Shown here piece after piece: positions 1 through 3,950 of a DNA stretch of 5,623 bases. The position numbers and the translations under genes were made by a program. The DNA comes from Nitrososphaerota archaeon (GTDB lineage Archaea > Thermoproteota > Nitrososphaeria > Nitrososphaerales > UBA57): the NCBI GenBank assembly GCA_013378385.1, contig JACAFS010000057.1, positions 1 through 5,623 of the forward strand, given 5' to 3'. Every line of letters starts with the position of its first letter. Position 1 is the first letter of the stretch. Under the pieces are notes generated by a model, which worked only from the letters and a program-made list of their open reading frames with translations, ran no database searches and was not told the DNA's origin.

Positions 1-100
1 ATACTGAATTTATAATTAGTCATTAAGTGCATATAGATATTATTAATTATTCAAATATATATATTCACTAAATTTTGAGCTAGGGAAAACTACTTTTTTA

Positions 101-616
101 TTAATTAGAAGAAAATGCCTCACTAATTGCAGAGTTTACATCATTGGCAATAAAAAAAGCGTCAGAGGCGATTTGAGATTTAGAATTAATCAATAAATCA
201 ACCACACCGCCAGTATTCGCTAGAAGAATAACTTTTTTATTAAGATTCATAGCCATCGAAAGTTCAGACAGAGTGCCCCAACTTCCAGCAATTCCTATCA
301 CAACGTCAGCCATACTTACAACAAAGAAATTTCTTACTTTACCAAGAGACGTATTAATAATTATATCAGTATATGGGTTAGCATCAAATTTATTTTCATT
401 TGGTAATATTCCCACAGTAATACCGTTAGACTTCTTTACTCCACGAGAAACAGATTCCATTACACCGCCCATACCACCGCACAAAAGAATTCCATTATGT
501 TTTCCAATTTCTGAACCAAGATTTTCTGCAATATTGATAACAGATTGAGATGTGAGTACATTACTGCCACATACAGCAATGCGTCTTGGCAATGATTTAG
601 ACAAGATAATTGCCAC
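101..616 (-). CDS. TIGR00725 / LOG-like (COG1611-type) Rossmann-fold nucleotide-binding protein; biochemical function unknown
   Basis: The 171-aa track ORF shows the family layout: an N-terminal RRIAVCGS strand, a glycine-rich LLCGGMGGVMESVSRG motif (GGxGGxM-type), GILP, and a GSWGTLSE motif (PGGxGTxxE-type). The longest start is GTG at 616-614. In-frame TTG codons at 604-602 and 592-590 are alternatives. There is no ATG before the conserved core. The stop is TAA at 103-101. Confidence 0.85.
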   Translation of the reverse strand: MAIILSKSLPRRIAVCGSNVLTSQSVINIAENLGSEIGKHNGILLCGGMGGVMESVSRGVKKSNGITVGILPNENKFDANPYTDIIINTSLGKVRNFFVVSMADVVIGIAGSWGTLSELSMAMNLNKKVILLANTGGVVDLLINSKSQIASDAFFIANDVNSAISEAFSSN

Positions 617-1064
617 GGTGATAAATTAATGGATCAAGATTTTTACTATTCAATGTTTTAATTTTTCCGATGAATATATTATGATCGCCTGCAGGAATAA
701 TTTTTTCCACAGTACAATCAATATAACCTAAAGAATTTACAATAATTGGAGAACCGGTTATCTTTGTTGTAGTTTTTACACCATAAAATCGGTTTTTATT
801 ATTTGGGTCAGAAAATATTTTACTAAGATTTTTCTGTTTTTTATCAAGTATGTTGATAGCAAAAATTTTACTTTGTTTAAGAATTCTATTTGATTCAGTT
901 TTTTTATCTATACAAATAAGAACGAGTGGCGGGTCCATTGATAAAGAAGAGAAGGCATTTACAGTAAGCCCATGACGCTTATTATCAAGACAAGTAGTTA
1001 CAATTGTAACGCCAGTAACAAATGAGCCAAGTGTTTTTTTGAATTTATTCCTAGAAACAGTCAC
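597..1064 (-). CDS. Flavin reductase-like, FMN-binding split-barrel protein (HpaC/NADH:flavin oxidoreductase type, PF01613-like)
   Basis: The 155-aa ORF carries family-typical strings: LGSFVTGVTIVTT, GLTVNAFSSLSMDPPLVLICI, AINIL, GDHNIFIGKI and PLIYHRGNY near the C-terminus. The only available start is GTG at 1064-1062, because an in-frame stop lies at 1097-1095 with no ATG between. The stop is TAA at 599-597. Confidence 0.9.
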   Translation of the reverse strand: MTVSRNKFKKTLGSFVTGVTIVTTCLDNKRHGLTVNAFSSLSMDPPLVLICIDKKTESNRILKQSKIFAINILDKKQKNLSKIFSDPNNKNRFYGVKTTTKITGSPIIVNSLGYIDCTVEKIIPAGDHNIFIGKIKTLNSKNLDPLIYHRGNYLV

Positions 1065-1087
1065 AAGTTCTTTTCGTATTTCAAGAA

Positions 1088-1101
1088 TATATAATTATAT
1101 A
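1088..1101. promoter_or_regulatory. Perfect 14-nt palindromic TATA-like box (TATATAATTATATA) in the 76-bp divergent intergenic region; candidate bidirectional promoter core
   Basis: The sequence at 1088-1101 equals its own reverse complement. Its centre lies about 30 nt from the GTG start of the flavin reductase gene (1064, minus strand) and about 46 nt from the ATG of the YggX-like gene (1141, plus strand). Archaeal TATA boxes sit about 26-27 nt upstream of the transcription start. No transcript data are available. Confidence 0.35.
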
Positions 1102-1140
1102 CAACAAGGCTTTTTTGATAATAAGGTGTTTTATAATACA

Positions 1141-1380
1141 ATGATAGATTGCATAAAGTGTAAAATGAATAAAGAATCCATCGAAGTGATGAATTTTAAG
1201 GGAAATTTAGGCGTGGAAATTCAAGAATCAGTTTGTAATGAATGTTTTTTGGAATGGGAGAGTGATATGCAGATGAAAGTAATGAATGAATTTAAATTAG
1301 ATTTATCTAGTAAAGAGCATAGAGATTTTCTAATAAAGAAAATGAAGGAATTTTTGACTTTAATAGAAACTGAATTATGA
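1141..1380 (+). CDS. yggX: YggX / Fe(2+)-trafficking (oxidative damage protection) family-like small protein, 79 aa, with an extra CxxC...CxxC tetrad
   Basis: I trimmed the track ORF 1039..1380 to the first ATG at 1141. The product MIDCIKCKMNKESIEVMNFKGNLGVEIQESVCNECFLEWESDMQMKVMNEFKLDLSSKEHRDFLIKKMKEFLTLIETEL aligns by eye to E. coli YggX as I recall it. Shared features are the N-terminal Cys, G-x-L-G, the Trp, NE-x-KL, EHR-x-x-L and M-x-x-FL. An AAGGTG at 1123-1128 is a possible Shine-Dalgarno element. The stop is TGA at 1378-1380. Confidence 0.7.
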   Translation: MIDCIKCKMNKESIEVMNFKGNLGVEIQESVCNECFLEWESDMQMKVMNEFKLDLSSKEHRDFLIKKMKEFLTLIETEL

Positions 1381-3636
1381 GATACGTGAGCGTAAAACGT
1401 TCAGTGCAGAACCTTGTTTAAACCATTCAATTTGAGAATTGTTATATGAATGAATTAAAATGATTTCTTCACTAGTATCATCCTCATGATTAATAATTCC
1501 AACTAATGTTTTATTCTCAGAGAAGTTATTCAAATCTTTAATAGTTATCTGGTCAAATTGTTTGATTTTATCATAATCTGTTTCATCGTTAAAGGTCAAC
1601 GCAAGAACGCCTTGTTTCTTTAAGTTTGTTTCATGAATACGTGCAAAGCTTTTAGCGATAACGGCAACACATCCTAAATGTCGAGGAGACATTGCAGCAT
1701 GCTCACGACTACTACCTTCGCCATAATTATGGTCGCCAATAATTAACCAAGGAATATCATGGGACTTGTATGAGCGAGCTATTTCAGCGAATTTACCAAT
1801 ATCATTAGTTAAATTATTAATTCCAGTTCCGATATTTTTAGTAAAAGAGTTAGAAGCACCAAGTAATAAATTATCACTAATATTATCAATATGGCCCCTA
1901 TAACGTAACCAGTAACCAGCAGGAGATATATGATCAGTAGTGCATTTTCCATTTACTTTAGCAAGAATTGTAATGTTAGAATATTTTTTTGCATTCCAAT
2001 GAGAAAATGGTTCCAAGAGTTGTAATCTTTTGCTTTCAGGAGAAACGGTAACATCAACTTCAGGATTAGAACTAGGAGGTATGAAAACATTTTCAGGTGA
2101 AATAAAACCATTTTTCGGAATGTCTGTAGATTTAGGAGGAGTTAATTTGAATTCATTACCTTGATCATCTACCAGAAAATCTTTCAGTGGATTAAACGAC
2201 AATCTTCCGCTTAGAGATAGTGCAACTACAATTTCAGGACTAGCAATAAAATTCATGGTTTCACGACTTCCGTCGTTTCGACCAGGAAAATTCCTATTAA
2301 AAGAAGTTACAATAGTATTTCTGATATCTTGGGCTTCAGGTCTATTCCATTGACCAATACATGGTCCACAAGCGTTTGCAAGAACTGTCGCGCCAATAGA
2401 TTCAAGATTATCAAGTTGTCCATCTCGTTGAATGGTAGCTCGAATTTGTTCAGAACCAGGAGTAACTAAAAGTGGAATTTTTGAGGTTATTCCATTATTT
2501 TGTGCTTGTTTTGCAATGTCAGAAACACGAGACATATCTTCATAAGATGAATTGGTGCAACTGCCAATTAGTGCAACTGCAATATTATCTAGATAGTCAT
2601 TATCAATTACATCTTTAGAGAGTTGAGAAATTGGTCGGGCAAGATCAGGAGTATGCGGTCCAACAACATAGGGTTCTAGATCTGATAAATTAATTTCAAT
2701 AACTTTATCAAAATATTTAGTAGGGTTTTTTTCAATGTCGTCATCTGCACAAAGTAATTCCGAATATTTTTCAGCAATGTCAGAAATGTATTGGCGATTA
2801 GTAATCTTCAAATATTTTATCATAGAATCGTCAAATGGAAATAGAGAAGAGGTAGCGCCTAATTCAGCACCCATATTTGTAATAGTAGCTTTACCAGTAC
2901 AGCTAATAGATTTTGTTCCAGGTCCAAAATACTCTATAATAGAATTTGTTCCCCCTGAAACAGTAAGAATAGAAGTCAGGTAAAGAATTATATCTTTAGC
3001 AGAGCACCAGCCACTTAGTTCTCCGGTAAGATGTACACCTATACGTTTAGGAAGAAGAACTTCCCAATCGAAACCGGCCATAACTTCTGAGGCATCTATT
3101 CCACCAACTCCGATTGCAAGCATACCTAAACCACCGGCATTAGGAGTATGTGAATCGGTTCCAATCATTAAACCTCCAGGAAATGAATAATTTTCAAGTA
3201 GAACTTGATGAATTATTCCAGCTCCAGGTTTCCAAAAACCAATACCGTATTTACGACAAGATGATTCAAGGAATTGATAGATTTCATTATTTTCATAAAG
3301 AGAATGTTTAGTATCGTCAGATGCAGATGTACGGGCTTGTATTAGATGGTCACAATGAACTGTAGTAGGGATAGAAACCTCCGTCAATCCAGATTGCATG
3401 AATTGTAAGATAACCATTTGTCCAGTAACGTCTTGCAATGCAACGCGATCAGGTTTAAGAAAGATATAATCTTTACCAGTAGTGTATGTTGCGATAGAAT
3501 CATAATTCATATGTCCAGCAATAATTTTTTCAGAAAGAGTCAATGGCGTAGAACTAATAGATCGTAATTTCTCAATATTGGCGCTCATTTTATCGTAAAT
3601 GGCTCGGATTTGTTCAGAATTGTAATATCGTTGCAT
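1375..3636 (-). CDS. acn: Aconitate hydratase (aconitase), mitochondrial-type, about 753 aa, [4Fe-4S] enzyme
   Basis: Unmistakable aconitase motifs are present: PLTLSEKIIAGHM, PDRVALQDVTGQM, HCDHLI, GTDSHTPNAGGLG, IGSCTNSS, ANACGPCIGQW and RNFPGRNDG. The three cluster-ligand Cys codons are at 2559-2557, 2370-2368 and 2361-2359. The track begins at TTG 3639-3637, which is immediately followed by ATG 3636-3634, and I take the ATG as the start. The stop is TAA at 1377-1375. Confidence 0.97.
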   Translation of the reverse strand: MQRYYNSEQIRAIYDKMSANIEKLRSISSTPLTLSEKIIAGHMNYDSIATYTTGKDYIFLKPDRVALQDVTGQMVILQFMQSGLTEVSIPTTVHCDHLIQARTSASDDTKHSLYENNEIYQFLESSCRKYGIGFWKPGAGIIHQVLLENYSFPGGLMIGTDSHTPNAGGLGMLAIGVGGIDASEVMAGFDWEVLLPKRIGVHLTGELSGWCSAKDIILYLTSILTVSGGTNSIIEYFGPGTKSISCTGKATITNMGAELGATSSLFPFDDSMIKYLKITNRQYISDIAEKYSELLCADDDIEKNPTKYFDKVIEINLSDLEPYVVGPHTPDLARPISQLSKDVIDNDYLDNIAVALIGSCTNSSYEDMSRVSDIAKQAQNNGITSKIPLLVTPGSEQIRATIQRDGQLDNLESIGATVLANACGPCIGQWNRPEAQDIRNTIVTSFNRNFPGRNDGSRETMNFIASPEIVVALSLSGRLSFNPLKDFLVDDQGNEFKLTPPKSTDIPKNGFISPENVFIPPSSNPEVDVTVSPESKRLQLLEPFSHWNAKKYSNITILAKVNGKCTTDHISPAGYWLRYRGHIDNISDNLLLGASNSFTKNIGTGINNLTNDIGKFAEIARSYKSHDIPWLIIGDHNYGEGSSREHAAMSPRHLGCVAVIAKSFARIHETNLKKQGVLALTFNDETDYDKIKQFDQITIKDLNNFSENKTLVGIINHEDDTSEEIILIHSYNNSQIEWFKQGSALNVLRSRIS

Positions 3637-3648
3637 CAACCTTCACTA

Positions 3649-3665
3649 AAATTACATGGTAATTT
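3649..3665. repeat. Inverted repeat AAATTAC-atg-GTAATTT (7-bp arms, 3-nt spacer) 13-29 nt upstream of the aconitase ATG
   Basis: Read directly: 3649-3655 AAATTAC is the reverse complement of 3659-3665 GTAATTT. The repeat lies between the AT-rich box at 3671-3680 and the aconitase start at 3636. It is therefore either an operator-like DNA palindrome near the transcription start or a hairpin in the 5' leader. The repeat itself is certain, and the confidence value refers to it being functional. Confidence 0.3.
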
Positions 3666-3670
3666 CTTTC

Positions 3671-3696
3671 TAATAATAATTCTGCATTATTAAATA
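3671..3696. promoter_or_regulatory. AT-rich TATA-like boxes (TAATAATAAT 3671-3680; TTATTAAATA 3687-3696) in the divergent region between aconitase and the small ORF
   Basis: The box at 3671-3680 is centred about 39 nt upstream of the aconitase ATG (minus strand) and about 36 nt upstream of ATG 3711 (plus strand). The box at 3687-3696 is centred about 19 nt upstream of ATG 3711 and about 46 nt upstream of ATG 3738. Spacing is compatible with archaeal promoters, but the background is so AT-rich that this is weak evidence. Confidence 0.25.
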
Positions 3697-3710
3697 CTCG
3701 TAAAAGTTAA

Positions 3711-3857
3711 ATGAGTAGAATTAGCGTAATATCATACATGTCGATTACTGAATATTTCAACTGGCAGTCTTCTCTTCTAGTACTACTTTTTATATTGTCG
3801 ATAGCGATGATTTTTATCTACGAATATCAAGTTAATAAATCAAAAATTTCACAATAG
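3711..3857 (+). CDS. Candidate small membrane protein, 48 aa from ATG 3711 or 39 aa from in-frame ATG 3738; single predicted transmembrane helix; no recognisable family
   Basis: My hand translation is MSRISVISYMSITEYFNWQSSLLVLLFILSIAMIFIYEYQVNKSKISQ with stop TAG at 3855-3857. An in-frame stop at 3708-3710 lies directly before ATG 3711. It has an uninterrupted hydrophobic stretch, LLVLLFILSIAMIFI, followed by a Lys-containing tail. It is the only ORF above about 10 codons on either strand of the 311-bp gap and is followed by a T5 tract 8 nt after the stop. It is below the size cutoff of the supplied track. AT-rich DNA readily yields spurious I/L/F-rich ORFs, so confidence is low. Confidence 0.3.
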   Translation: MSRISVISYMSITEYFNWQSSLLVLLFILSIAMIFIYEYQVNKSKISQ

Positions 3858-3864
3858 ACAAGTA

Positions 3865-3869
3865 TTTTT
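3865..3869 (+). terminator. Oligo-T tract (TTTTT) just downstream of the small ORF; possible archaeal intrinsic terminator
   Basis: The tract gtaTTTTTgtc lies 8 nt after the TAG at 3855-3857. Archaeal RNA polymerase terminates at oligo-T runs on the non-template strand. Short T runs are common in this composition. Confidence 0.25.
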
Positions 3870-3908
3870 GTCAAATATGCCACACTAAAGCTAACAACAA
3901 AAACTGAC

Positions 3909-3946
3909 GGATATCAATTTATGCAATGTTAGAGATATCTAAGGTC
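3909..3946 (+). promoter_or_regulatory. Putative helicase promoter/operator region: two GATATC palindromes (3910-3915, 3934-3939) flanking a TATA-like AATTTATG (3916-3923), then AAGGTC (3941-3946)
   Basis: Read directly from the sequence. The TATA-like box is centred about 31 nt upstream of ATG 3951. The second GATATC extends to the 8-bp palindrome AGATATCT at 3933-3940. AGGT at 3942-3945 lies 5 nt before the ATG and could pair with the conserved 16S 3' end. Function is untested. Confidence 0.25.
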
Positions 3947-3950
3947 TATC

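Noticed and set aside
1-100. Possible start of another minus-strand gene (ATG at 32-30, in frame with ATG 23-21, open to the left edge), preceded by an (AT)5 / TATA-like stretch at 55-64. Also a T6 run at 94-99 that could terminate an upstream plus-strand gene.
   Set aside because: Only about 10 codons are visible, which is too little to support a CDS call. All three plus-strand frames hit a stop by position 26, so nothing assessable ends there either. The AT repeat is short and expected in this composition.
273-548. Track ORF of 91 aa on the plus strand
   Set aside because: It lies entirely antisense to the well-supported TIGR00725/LOG-like gene. Its product is a low-complexity P/I/T-rich string with no recognisable motif. 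It is a typical shadow ORF.
1039-1140. N-terminal extension of the YggX-like ORF from TTG 1039, as given in the track (113 aa)
   Set aside because: The extension would overlap the flavin reductase start by 26 nt and run through the divergent promoter region, including the TATA palindrome. Its peptide (MNLFLETVTSSFRISRIYNYIQQGFFDNKVFYNT) has no counterpart in YggX proteins. ATG 1141 gives a family-typical length with the conserved Cys near the N-terminus.
2735-2983. Track ORF of 82 aa on the plus strand
   Set aside because: It is fully embedded antisense within the aconitase gene and has no recognisable domain. It is a shadow ORF.
3637-3639. TTG as the aconitase start (the MM... N-terminus in the track)
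   Set aside because: An ATG follows immediately at 3636-3634, and the TTG is simply the furthest permitted alternative start. The difference is one codon and cannot be resolved from sequence alone, so I chose the ATG.
3649-3665. Iron-responsive-element-like hairpin upstream of aconitase
   Set aside because: The stem-loop has a 3-nt loop and no bulged C or CAGUG-type loop, so it does not match the IRE consensus. I kept it only as a generic palindrome or hairpin finding.
3640-3950. Possible C/D-box sRNA, tRNA or other structured RNA in the long intergenic gap
   Set aside because: There is no exact C box (RTGATGA) on either strand. The closest match is GATGATT near 3810, and it lies about 95 nt from the CTGA at 3904-3907, too far apart for an archaeal C/D sRNA. 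There are no GC-rich stems or tRNA-like features. Beyond the 7-bp inverted repeat and the GATATC pair reported above, nothing stood out.
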